Of a DNA stretch of 64,000 bases, positions 28,711-39,275 are shown in pieces (position 1 is the stretch's first letter; each line of letters starts with the position of its first letter). Both the position numbers and the translations under genes were made by a program. The notes under the pieces are model-generated. The model saw only the letters and a program-made list of their open reading frames with translations. It was not told the DNA's origin and made no database searches. This DNA comes from an uncultured Acidobacteriaceae bacterium. Its GTDB lineage: Bacteria; Acidobacteriota; Terriglobia; Terriglobales; Acidobacteriaceae. The stretch covers positions 85,291 to 149,290 of the forward strand of contig CAVVJK010000005.1 in NCBI GenBank assembly GCA_963748555.1. Reading direction: 5' to 3'.

Positions 28711-30435
28711 ATGTGGCGGTTTGAAGAGCACGTTCCGCCTCGGCCGCATCGCGTCCGAGCGCTACATCTATCCGCACAAGGACAAGCCTTTCTGCAGCCG
28801 CTTGTATTGGCAATCCTGTCGCTCTGGATGCTTCCGTTGCGCCCACACGCCCAGACCCGGCCCGCCAATACGTCGTCCGACACGTACGTGGCTCCCATCT
28901 CCATCGACTACCCTGAGGATGGCTCGATCTTTCCGCCGGGCATCACTCCTCCAACTTTTCTGTGGCGTGACGCCGCTGGTTCTTCGTGGCACATCGAGGT
29001 CTCTTTCGGGACAGGACTCCACCCATCCAGGTCACCAGCCAAGGCGAGCATCTCCAGATGGGGCCCATCGACGCGGCTTGCGTAGCCAAAGAGGAAGACG
29101 TCCCAAAGCTGACGCACCAACAAGCGGCAACTCTTGTCTGGAAGCCCGGATCAGTCCACCTGGTCCATCATTCAGTCCCATTCGGTAAATGCTTCCGCCA
29201 CGGTTACGATTACCGGCTACCGCAATGGCCGAGGCCCTGTATCCCAGGCCCGCGTCACCTTTACCACCTCCGCCGACCCGGTGGGCGCGCCCATCTTCTA
29301 CCGCGATGTTCCGCTCATGCCCACCAAGGGCACGAACGGAACGGTAGAGCCCCTGGCGCCCTCCAGCATTCATCTCATTCGCTGGCGAGTGCGGGACATC
29401 CGCCGCTCCGAAAGCCACACCGTGCTTGAGAACATGCCCACCTGCGGCAACTGTCACTCGTTCTCCCTTGATGGAAAGACTCTGGGCATGGACATCGACG
29501 GCCCCGCGAACGACAAAGGTTTGTACGCCGTCGTGCCCTGTGCAGCCGCACATCTCCATCCAGAAGCAAAGACATGCGTGCACTGGAATACGGATGCGCG
29601 GGTCGGGACCAGCTCGCGTGGGCTTCATGTCGCAGGTCTCGCCCGGATGGCCGCTACGTGCTTACTACCTTTGCCGGGCCAGACCGAAACCTGATCGACA
29701 CCTACTACGTCACCAACTTCGTGGACTACCACTTCCTTCAGGTCTTCTATCCCACGCGCGGCATACTGGAGTGGTACAGCCGCGCAACCGGACAGCGGTA
29801 TCCTCTGCCCGGAGCCGACGATCCGCAGTACGTGCAGACCGACGGGGTGTGGAGTCCCGATGGCAAATTCATCGTCTTCGCTCGCGCTCGAGCGAGGGAC
29901 CCGCGTCCTCCCGGCCAGGTTCCCGCACTCCACGCCAACGATCCCAACGAGACCGCCGATTCAATACGATCTCTATCGCATCCCGTTCAACAACGGCAAA
30001 GGCGGCACGCCCGAGCCGATCGCCGGCGCTTCGCAGAACGGCATGAGCAACAACTTTCCCAAGGTTTCACCCGACGGCCGCTGGATCGTCTTCGTGCAAT
30101 GCCACAATGGGCAGTTGATGCGCCCCGACAGCCATCTCTTCATTGTGCCGTTTGCTGGTGGCGTGGCCCGCCGCATGCGCGCCAACACGCGACTCATGAA
30201 CTCGTGGCACAGCTTTTCTCCCAATGGCCGCTGGCTGGTCTTCTCTTCCAAGGCTCGTTCTCCCTACACGCAGATGTATCTCACCCACATCGACGCCAAC
30301 GGCAACGACAGCCCCGCGATTCTGATCGACAACGCCACCGCCGCAAATCGCGCCGTCAATCTCCCTGAATTCGTCAACATGAGCAGCGACGGCATTCAAG
30401 ACATACAGGTCCATGTCGCTGACGCAGCCAAGTAG
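28711..30435 (+). pseudogene. Secreted PD40 (TolB-like) beta-propeller protein with a single CxxCH motif; at least 5 frame breaks (about 29010, 29130, 29540-29650 x2-3, 29945)
   Basis: Signal-like AFLQPLVLAILSLWMLPLRPHAQ. Segments from ORFs 28711.., 28986.., 29134.., 29426.., 29574.. and 29860.. chain into one protein containing ENMPTCGNCHSFSLDGKTLGMDIDGPANDKG and four PD40-type units (SQVSP|DGRYVLTT, WSPDGKFIVFA, VSPDGRWIVFV, FSPNGRWLVFS). Confidence 0.65.
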
Positions 30436-30454
30436 ATCCAGGGAAGGATTGCCG

Positions 30455-31583
30455 ATGAACCCTCGACCGCTCGCCGCCCTCCGCAGCCTGGGTTCCATCG
30501 TTCTTTGTCTCGCATCGGCTTCCCACGTCCGCGCTCAGTGTGTCCCTCCAGAAGATCTGCACACCGCGCTCCAGCAACACCCCACTGCCTCCAACTATGT
30601 CGACCTCGGCGTCTACTTCGGCAAACTCCAGCAGTACGACTGCGCGGCCAAAGCCTTTGCCGCTTCTCTTCAACTTGAGCCGGAGGTCCCGCACGTTGCA
30701 TTCATGCTGGGTCTGAGCCTCTATTCCGCAGGCAACGCACAGGACGCGATTCCTCCGCTGCGCCACGCCGAGCAGAATGGATACGCCGACACGAATCTTC
30801 ACCTGGTGCTCGGTGCCGCATTGGACCAGGTGGACCAGACTGTCGACGCGGAGGCGGAGTGGCGCGCTGCCCTGGCCGTCGATCCCGAATCAACCGAAGC
30901 GCTCGACAGTCTCTCGCAGGATCTCATTGCTCAGAAGGATTACGCCGGCACCATCACTCTGCTCGAAGACCCAGTCGTCAGCGGGCAGAGAACGCCGCTA
31001 CAAAGCCTCAATCTCGGGCTTGCCTACGCGCGCACCGATAGACTGGATGAGGCTGCACTCGTCCTCCGCGACGGCGTGAATAACTCTCCCGACTCGCTCA
31101 CCCTGAATCAGCAACTTGCCGAAGTGCTGCTTCAACTCGGGCGTTCGCAGGAGGCGATCGCAGCCCTTGATCTCACGCTCGACCGCCATCCAGATGACCT
31201 CCAGACCGGGCTGCTCGTTCTGCGCACGCTTATGGGAAGCAATCCCGCAAAGGCCGCACAACTGGGTCAGAAGCTCCTCGCAACGGCTCCTCATCAATGG
31301 GAAGTGCTCTACCTCAACGGCCTGCTCGACACCGGTGGCGGCAACCTGCAACAGGCCCGCGCGCACCTCGAAGAATCCATCTCGCTCAATCCCGAGCCTC
31401 GCCATGGCTCACGACGTGCTCGGGCTGGTGCTCGCCCAATTGAACGACCTGCGCGGCGCCAAAGAACATCTGCAGCAGGCCATCGCGCTCGGCGACACGA
31501 ATCCAGACGTGCAAGCCAATCTCGCCAAAGTCCTGATGAGCCTGGGCGAAACCGGCGCCGCTCACGACGGTCTGCGCAAGTAG
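30455..31583 (+). CDS. Secreted tetratricopeptide-repeat protein; frame broken near 31395
   Basis: Signal peptide MNPRPLAALRSLGSIVLCLASASHVRAQ, then serial 34-aa TPR-like units. The tail (AMAHDVLGLVLAQLNDLRGAKEHLQQAIALGDTNPDVQANLAKVL...) is in the frame of ORF 31116..31583. The track ORF 30413..32287 is a chimera. Confidence 0.7.
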
Positions 31584-31669
31584 AGGTTTTTTCCGTTGTC
31601 CGCAAGCGCCGAGCGACAGTCAGCGTGAGCGGCAGTTATAGTTTCAAGGGACTGAATACCCCAGCCAAA

Positions 31670-34239
31670 ATGGTTCGCTCTCTGCACTGCTGCTTGTTCG
31701 TGATCCTGCTTTGCTGCCTATCGCAGGGCGCGACCGCCTTCGCCGAATCGGGTGCGGAAGGCTGGCTTCGCTATGCGCCTCTTCCGCGCCACTCCGGCAG
31801 CCCGTGCGAGAGATTGCCCGCAAGCATCCTTCGCCTCGACGACAGCCCAATCGCGGCAAGTGCGGCAAACGAAGCTGCGCGCGCATTCCACAGCCTGTGC
31901 GGTCGAGATATTGCTGTGCAATCGAAGCCTTCCTCCCCGGCGATGGACCCTTCAAGGTGCGCTGGTTCTTGGCACGACAGCGGAAATCCACGCCGCCTTC
32001 CCGCAAGTAGACACGGGCGCTGCTCCCACGACAGAAGGCTTCACGCTCCTGAGCCTTCGTCCTCAATCGTCACTGCTGGTCATCGGGGCGGATCCTCGGG
32101 GTATTCTCTACGGAACCTTTCGTTTGCTGGAAAAACTGGCCACCCAGCAGGATCTCTCGCACCTGCGCGACACAGAATCTCCCGCGGCTCCGATTCGGTG
32201 GGTAAATCAATGGGACAATCTCGATGGCAGCATAGAACGCGGTTATGCCGGCCGCTCCATCTTCTTCGATCAGGGCAGCGTCCGTGAAGACCTCGGCCGC
32301 GCCGGAGACTATGCGCGCCTCCTCGCTTCCGTAGGCCTAAACGGCTGCACTGTTAACAACGTCAACTCCGACCTGAAAATGCTCACACCCGAGATGATTC
32401 GCCAGATCGCGCGGATCGCCGACGCGTTTCGGCCCTGGGGAGTCCGGCTCTCGCTCTCGGTCGATCTCAGCAGTCCGAAAGCCATCGGCGGCCTCAATAC
32501 CTTCGATCCGCTCGACCCCGCTGTGATCGCCTGGTGGCAATCGCGCGTCGACCTGGTGTATGCGCAGATCCCCGACTTCGCCGGATTCGTCGTCAAGGCA
32601 GACTCTGAGGGCCGTCCAGGTCCATCGCAGTACGGGCGATCGCCTGCGCAAGCCGCCAACGTGCTCGCCCGCGCGCTCAAGCCGCATGGCGGACTGGTGC
32701 TGTATCGCGGCTTCGTTTACAACCACCATCTCGATTGGACTGACTTGAAGGCGGATCGTGCCCGCGCCGGTTACGATAATTTCCACTCTCTCGATGGGCA
32801 GTTCGAAGACAACGTGGTCATCCAGGTGAAACACGGCCCTATCGACTTCCAGGTGAGAGAACCCGTTTCGCCTCTCTTCTCTGCGCTGCGCAACACCAAC
32901 CAGGCAATCGAACTCCAGGTCACCCAGGAATACACCGGCCAGCAGCGACATCTGGTCTTTCTGGTGCCCATGTGGAAGCAGGTGCTGGATTTTGACTTGC
33001 GCGCGGAAAATCGCTCTACACCCGTGAAGGAGATCGTCGCCGGCAAGTCTTTTCACCGCCCGCTCGGGGGATTCGTCGCCGTGGCGAACGTTGGCCTCGA
33101 TACCAACTGGCTCGCACACCCGCTCGCGATGGCGAACCTCTATGGCTTCGGACGACTGGCTTGGAATCCCGACATTATCTTCTGCGACCATTGCGGAAAA
33201 CTGGACCCGCTTGACCTTCGGCAACGATCCTCTGGTCGTCAGCACCATCACTGCAATGCAGCTATCCTCCTGGCCTCTCTATGAGGACTACACCGGCCCG
33301 CTCGGCCTCGGCACCCTCACTGACATCATCGGCGTACACTACGGCCCCGGGATTGAGTCCGCCGAGCGCAACGGCTGGGGCCAGTGGATTCGCGCCGACG
33401 ATCACGGCGTGGGCATGGACCGAACCGTCGCCACCGGCACCGGCTACATCGGCCAGTATCCACCTCAAGTCGCGCGAACGTTCGAGTCTCTCGCGACCTG
33501 TCCTGACGAGTTACTGCTCTTCATGCATCACGTGCCTTATACCTATAAGTTGCATTCGGGTAAGTCCGTAATTCAGCATATTTACGATGCTCACTACGAA
33601 GGAGCCGCCGGAGCCGCTCGCCTCGTTGACCAATGGAAGCAGTTGGAGGGCCGCATCGACCAGCAACGCTATCTCCAGGTGCTCGCACTGCAGCAGTACC
33701 AGGCTGGCCACTCCATCGTATGGCGCGATGCAGTCGACGACTGGTTTCTCCGCATCTCCGGCATTCCCGATCAACGAGGCCGGGTGGGTCATCATCCCGA
33801 CCGCATCGAGGCAGAAGAGATGCAACTCTCCGGCTACACTCCGCAGAATGTAACTCCTTGGGAGACCGCCTCTGGAGGCAAAGCCATCGTCTGTAGCGGC
33901 CCAAACCCCTGCATGGCAACCACTACGCTGCATCGTCCCCACGGCATCTACAGCATCGCGGTGCAATACTTTGACTACCACGACGGGGCATCGCAATTCG
34001 TTCTCAGTCTGAATGACAAGCCCATTGCGCACTGGACTGCCAACGCGGCTCTACCCACCGATAAGATGAATGGCCACACCTCAACCCGCTACACCGTCGA
34101 GGCCGTTGAACTCCACCCGGGTGACACACTGACAGTCAAGGGAGAACCAGACGATGGCGAACCGGCCCCCCTCGACTACGTGGAGATCCTCCCCGCAGCA
34201 GGCCCTCCCGATCCTCGCCCGCGAGATACTCACCCCTAA
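31670..34239 (+). CDS. aguA: GH67 alpha-glucuronidase with a C-terminal ~150-aa CBM-like extension; frame broken near 31950 and 33174
   Basis: Signal peptide MVRSLHCCLFVILLCCLSQGATAFA. GH67-type blocks: IRWVNQWDNLDGSIERGYAGRSIFF, LNGCTVNNVN, IPDFAGFVVKADSEGRPGP, VKHGPIDFQVREP. The junction AWNPD|LSSATIAENWTRLTFG is restored by removing one base at about 33174. Confidence 0.85.
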
Positions 34240-34305
34240 GTTATAAAGTCGGGTTGACTTAGTCCTGACCAATGAATGGTTGTAAGTCGCCAGGAGAAGC
34301 GAGTT

Positions 34306-35514
34306 ATGAAGATTACCAACGCACGAATCAACGTTTGTTGTCCTGGCCGCAATTTCGTCACGCTGATTGTCGAGACCGACGAGGGCATCGTGGGACTCGG
34401 CGACGCCACGCTCAACGGCCGCGAACTCGCAGTTGCCAGCTATCTTACCGAGCACGTGCTCCCCTGCATCCTTGGTCGCGATCCCTTCCAGACTGAGGAT
34501 CTCTGGCAGTTTCTTTATCGCGGTGCTTACTGGCGTCGCGGCCCGGTCACCATGGCCGCCATCGGCGCCGTCGACGTTGCCCTTTGGGACATCAAGGGCA
34601 AGGCGCTCAACACCCCTGTCTACAACCTGCTCGGCGGCAAGAGTCGCAATGGTGTTCTCGTCTACACCCATGCCAATGGCAAGACCATCGAGGAGACCCT
34701 GGACGTCGCCAGTCGCTTTGTCGACGAGGGCTACCTCGCTGTTCGCTTGCAAAGCGGCATTCCCGGTCTCGCCTCAACCTATGGCGTCGCCAAGGGAGGG
34801 CGGCCGTACGAACCGGCAGAGCGCGGCTTGCCCTCCGAAGGCGTCTGGTCCTCCGAACGATACCTCTCGCACATCCCCAAGCTTTTTGAACGCGCCCGTT
34901 TCCAGTTCGGCGAAGACCTTCACCTGCTTCACGACGTTCACCACCGCCTCACTCCTATCGAAGCCGCTCGTTTGGGCAAGGAACTCGAGCCGTACCACCT
35001 CTTTTGGCTCGAAGATCCAGTTCCCGCCGAACTGCAGGAGTCCTACCGGATCATTCGACAGCACACCACCACCCCGATTGCTGTGGGTGAGGTTTTCAAC
35101 TCCATCTGGGACGCGCAGGAACTCATTCGCGAACAGTGGATCGACTACATCCGCATGGCCATCGTTCACGCCGGGGGATTGACCCATATGAAGAAGGTCG
35201 CGGATTTCGCCGCCCTCTACAACGTGCGCACAGGCTGTCACGGAGCGACCGACCTCTCGCCCATCACCATGGCCGCTGCCCTCCACTTCGGCCTGGCCGT
35301 TCACAACTTCGGCATACAGGAGTACATGCACCACTCCGCCGAAACAAATGAAGTCTTTCCTCACCAGTACCGCTACGAAGCCGGGTACATGTACCCGGGA
35401 GACGCACCCGGTCTGGGGGTGACGTTGGACGAAGCGTTAGCCGGCCAATTCCCGTATCAGCAAGCCTGTTTGCCGGTCAATCGCAAGCTGGATGGAACAT
35501 TGACCGATTGGTAA
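34306..35514 (+). CDS. manD: D-mannonate dehydratase, enolase-superfamily type (ManD)
   Basis: ATG 34306 follows [50 protein letters not shown]... and the HDVHHRLTP and WLEDP blocks are as I know them from the ManD subgroup. Intact. Confidence 0.85.
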   Translation: MKITNARINVCCPGRNFVTLIVETDEGIVGLGDATLNGRELAVASYLTEHVLPCILGRDPFQTEDLWQFLYRGAYWRRGPVTMAAIGAVDVALWDIKGKALNTPVYNLLGGKSRNGVLVYTHANGKTIEETLDVASRFVDEGYLAVRLQSGIPGLASTYGVAKGGRPYEPAERGLPSEGVWSSERYLSHIPKLFERARFQFGEDLHLLHDVHHRLTPIEAARLGKELEPYHLFWLEDPVPAELQESYRIIRQHTTTPIAVGEVFNSIWDAQELIREQWIDYIRMAIVHAGGLTHMKKVADFAALYNVRTGCHGATDLSPITMAAALHFGLAVHNFGIQEYMHHSAETNEVFPHQYRYEAGYMYPGDAPGLGVTLDEALAGQFPYQQACLPVNRKLDGTLTDW

Positions 35515-35831
35515 CGTTCTGTTCGTGTTGATAACCATGCGGTTATTAGGTTCTGCATAAGCCTGGCGGCGTTTTGCGCTTCAGCCCGTCTGCGAGCCGG
35601 TACCCGGCTTCGTCAGTTCAGCCCGGTCGAGCGCGTCTTCAAAGCCGAAACGAGTGATCTGCCTCACATTAAAGTAACCACATTTCATTACCAATCAGGG
35701 ATTTACGAGATTGCAGTCTCAGCCTATTGTTGTCGAAGTGGGAACGAAGGAGCATTCGACTTACAGCAAGCGGCACGCAATGACAAGCTGGAGTCGATGC
35801 AGTACGGTTCCCCGGTTTCGCTCGTAGATTC

Positions 35832-36332
35832 ATGCCGCAAGGCATTTTGCCGAGGTTAGAGATGCTGACGAATGTGTCGAACGACGGCGGGTGTCTGCCG
35901 GCAACAATTCCAGGGAACCATCACGATTCCCGGGTCCCGGAGCCCATTGCAGCCAAAAGCTGCGGAATTGATGCTTCACTCACCCGCTTTAGCGATCCAC
36001 GGATTCAGATCGTTCTCGACTTTGTGGATTCGGCTCCTTCTGAGGCCGTCTCCATCGAGTCTGCCGCGGCGGTGGTCTACCTTTCGCCCTCGCGGTTCCG
36101 CCATCTCTTCAAAGAGCAGATGGGCATCTCGTTCCACTCCTACCTTATTCGCCTGCGGCTTGAGCGCGTCCGCTACCTGCTGCAGTCGTCCCGGCTGACC
36201 ATTCTGCAGATTGCGGAATCCCTCGACGTCCAGGACCTCAGCCATCTCATGCGGGACTTCAAGCGCACCTACGGCATGTCGCCTGGCGCAATGAGGAAAC
36301 TGCACGCGCAGAACGCATCTCCAATCGCCTGA
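35832..36332 (+). CDS. AraC/XylS-family transcriptional regulator (short form)
   Basis: C-terminal double HTH: VSIESAAAVVYLSPSRFRHLFKEQMGISFHSYLIRLRLERVRYLL...ILQIAESLDVQDLSHLMRDFKRTYGMSPGAMR. Confidence 0.8.
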   Translation: MPQGILPRLEMLTNVSNDGGCLPATIPGNHHDSRVPEPIAAKSCGIDASLTRFSDPRIQIVLDFVDSAPSEAVSIESAAAVVYLSPSRFRHLFKEQMGISFHSYLIRLRLERVRYLLQSSRLTILQIAESLDVQDLSHLMRDFKRTYGMSPGAMRKLHAQNASPIA

Positions 36333-36438
36333 AACACGCCGCGCGCCCTTGACTGGAAGCTATCGACGAACTCGCCGCTTTCGGTCCAGTGGTGCGAAAA
36401 ATTCGTTGTGCCTTTGCTACTGAGTTCCATCCCGCGGT

Positions 36439-37786
36439 TCAGGCCCCGTACACGTTCCTGTTCAAAAAGTCGTTGCGGAACTTCCCCTGCGGATCGTACT
36501 GCGCCAGCAGTTCTTTGAACTTCGGCATCTCCGGGTACAGGCTCTTCAACCGCGACGGCGCAATCGTAAACAGCTTGGCCCAGTGCGGCTTCGCGTCAAA
36601 GGGCGCCAGCTTTGCTTCAATCTGCGGCAGGATCTGTCGCACCTCTTGCCACTCCGGCTTCCAGGTAAAATGCACCGTCATCGACGGGCGATGGTGACAG
36701 GGGCTCATCCACAGTTCATCGGCATCGATGGTCCGCAACTCCGTCACAAACAGGTGCGGCGTGATCTTGTCGCGCAGTTCTTCGACCGCCCGGATCGCTG
36801 CATACCCCTTCTCACGCGGAACGAAGTATTCTGTCTGCAATTCAGCTCCGCTGCTCGGCGTAAAGTTCATCTTGAAGTGCGGTAGCCGCTCATACCAGGG
36901 TCCCGGCACGCCCATCTGTTCTGTGCAATTCTCGGCCGGATGATCGCCGATCGGATGAAGCTTGTGCGTGGCCAGCTTCGCTCCGTAGAACTCCGGCGGA
37001 AAGTGTACCGCTTGGCCCGGCTCCACCCGTTGCTTGATCCACACCTGCGTCATGCGCTGATTCCGCCAGTCGGTAAACAGGCTTACGCTATACCCGCTGC
37101 CAAAGACGTCGTCCAGATGCTTCTCCAGCACGGCAGTCGGCAGGTTCTGGTAGACGGCCTGCGCCACCTGGTATGTCGGCTTCAGGTTCAGCGTGATTCG
37201 CGTGGTCACTCCCAGCCCCCCCAGCCCGACGACCGCGCCCAGGAAACGATCCCCATCCCGTTCGCGCGAGAGCTTCACGATCTGTCCATCGGCCGTTACC
37301 ATTTCCAGTGCGGCCACCGCGGTCGACAGATTCCCGTTCTTGATTCCGGAGCCGTGCGTTGCCGTCGCGCAGGCACCCACCACTCCGATGTGGGGTAGGG
37401 AAGCGAGATTGTGCAGCGCGTATCCTTGCTGGTCGATATACGGCGCGAGCTTTCCGTAGCTTACTCCGGCTCCCACCGTCACCGTGTGCGCCTTGGTGTC
37501 GAGCGACATCTCGTCCATCTGCTTCAGCGAGATCTGCTCTTCCGGGCTATCGGCGATGTTGTTGAACGAATGCCGTGCACCCAGCGCCTTTACCCGGTGC
37601 CCGTTCTTCACCAGTTGCTGCACCTCTTCGACGCGTCTTCGGCGTTTCCAGCCGGGGCGCGCGATAGGTATAGTTCCCGGCCCAATTGGTTCGCGGCGTC
37701 TGCTGCGATTCGCCAGAGGCCAGCGGCGAAAGAAGACTGCTGGTGACAAATGCTGCGGACGACTTCAGAAATTCTCGTTTATCCAT
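36439..37786 (-). CDS. FAD-linked sugar-1,4-lactone/alditol oxidase family protein (PCMH FAD-binding plus ALO domain) with a Tat-like signal; frame broken near 37635
   Basis: ATG 37786 gives MDKREFLKSSAAFVTSSLLSPLASG (a KR variant of the S/T-R-R-x-F-L-K motif), then TNWAGNYTYRAPRLETPKT | VEEVQQLVKNGHRVKALGARHSFN..., with a C-terminal ALO-type block (HWAKLF...FRNDFL). Confidence 0.8.
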
Positions 37787-37935
37787 TTTCGATTTACCTT
37801 GTGTTCGGCAGACCTGCGCGCCGGCGATCAGTCGGGCTCGACCTGAACTCGCTGCCTTGGTCCGGCCCACCAGTTATAGAGAGTTCTGCCGCGCCGTGCA
37901 ACACGGCCGACTCTCGCCTCCGAGAGGAGACCGCC

Positions 37936-38725
37936 TCATCGACCTTCGCTCCGCGGCTGGGTAGACTCTCTGGCTGCAAACCACGCCTTCGCGTACTTCC
38001 AGCTCACATACACTGAGTGATACATGTGGAAGAGCAATCCTTCGCGGCCATCCAGAAATCCCAGTCGAAAGACGTAGTTATAGAGAAACGTCGCCGCCGG
38101 ATTCACCAGCACATTCCACACGAACGCCGCCGTTCCGCGGCTCACCTTGCCCTTGCGCAAGACCAGCGGCACACTGGCCGTGCTGTAGCGGTCCATGTGC
38201 TCGATATAGATGGGCAGCGTCGGGTATTGGTAGTGGAGCAGGTCTCCGTGAAGCTCGCCAATCGGCTGGTCCCATTTCGGCGTCGAGTGTGGCTCGATGT
38301 TCTCCGGCAGCCTGGCCGTGCCCTGCTGGAACAACCTCAGCTTGCGATCGGGATACTGGCCGCCATGGCGCATCCAGCGCCCGAAGATCAGGTTCAATCG
38401 CGGCACCGTGTAGGCGCGGAACTTCGGCTGGCCTTGCAGCAGGGCGCTGAATTTCTGCACTCAACTCCGGCGTGAGCACCTCGTCCGCGTCGAGTGAGAA
38501 CACCCACTCCGAAGTGCACTTGTCGATGGCGGAGTTCATCTGTCCGCCATAGCCTTTCCATCCCTCGACAAAAATCTTCGCGTTCATTTCGCGCGCAATC
38601 GCCAGCGTCTCGTCGGTCGAACCAGAGTCCACCAGGCAGATTTCATCGGCCCAGGAGACGCTCTCGAGCGTGCGCCGCAGGTTGGCTGCCTCGTTCATCG
38701 CGATGATGGCGACCGACAGGCTCAC
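37936..38725 (-). CDS. Family 2 glycosyltransferase; frame broken near 38465
   Basis: LSVAIIAMNEAANLRRTLESVSWADEICLVDSGSTDETLAIA...FSLDADEVLTPEL | QKFSALLQGQPKFRAYTVPRLNLIFGRWMRHGGQYPD... This is a typical GT2 (lipopolysaccharide core-type) layout spread over ORFs 38078..38725 and 37936..38460. Confidence 0.8.
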
Positions 38726-38860
38726 GCGTTCTCCATTGGCGTGGCGCCGATCCCGTTACCAAGCCAGGAACACGAACCCAACACTGCCTGCAGAAACATG
38801 GGTTCATCGTAACAAACCCCGTTCATCCGCTTACCAGAGTGCAGGGAGTCTCAGCGGCGT

Positions 38861-39088
38861 CTACTCCGACGACTTCTTCTTCGACTTTGAGGCCGGATCA
38901 TCGATGCAACGCTCCGAGATGCGCACAGGGTTGGCGCACTTGCCCGCCGCGGCTCGCGTGAATGCGCGATACAGCCGGTTCACATCTACCTCGCCCTTGC
39001 GGAGCTCTCGATCGAGCGCGGCATGCATGGCTGACAACAACTCCGGCCGCAGCTCGTTGAGAACCTTGTCGATATAGATGTACGGCAT
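38861..39088 (-). CDS. Small hypothetical protein (75 aa)
   Basis: ATG 39088 is preceded by GGAGGGGG. The product is MPYIYIDKVLNELRPELLSAMHAALDRELRKGEVDVNRLYRAF... with a Lys/Ser-rich tail. No family recognised. Confidence 0.35.
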   Translation of the reverse strand: MPYIYIDKVLNELRPELLSAMHAALDRELRKGEVDVNRLYRAFTRAAAGKCANPVRISERCIDDPASKSKKKSSE

Positions 39089-39275
39089 GCCCCCTCCAGC
39101 TTCGTTGTCCTGTAACCAAAAGCATACAGCGTACGGCTGGTTGCTCCAGTCTGCCGGCATCTCTATGGCAACCTGCTTATCCGATCGGCCAGCCTTGCAT
39201 GGATTCAACCCTATGCGATGCGTGAATCGGCTAGACTAGGCACTCAGCGCCGGTACTTCACTACGAGGGTCTTGC

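Noticed and set aside
30413-32287. Single 624-aa ORF in the track
   Set aside because: It is a chimera: the TPR protein (true tail in another frame, stop 31583), then an out-of-frame stretch, then the signal peptide and N-terminus of AguA (ATG 31670), then out-of-frame read-through.
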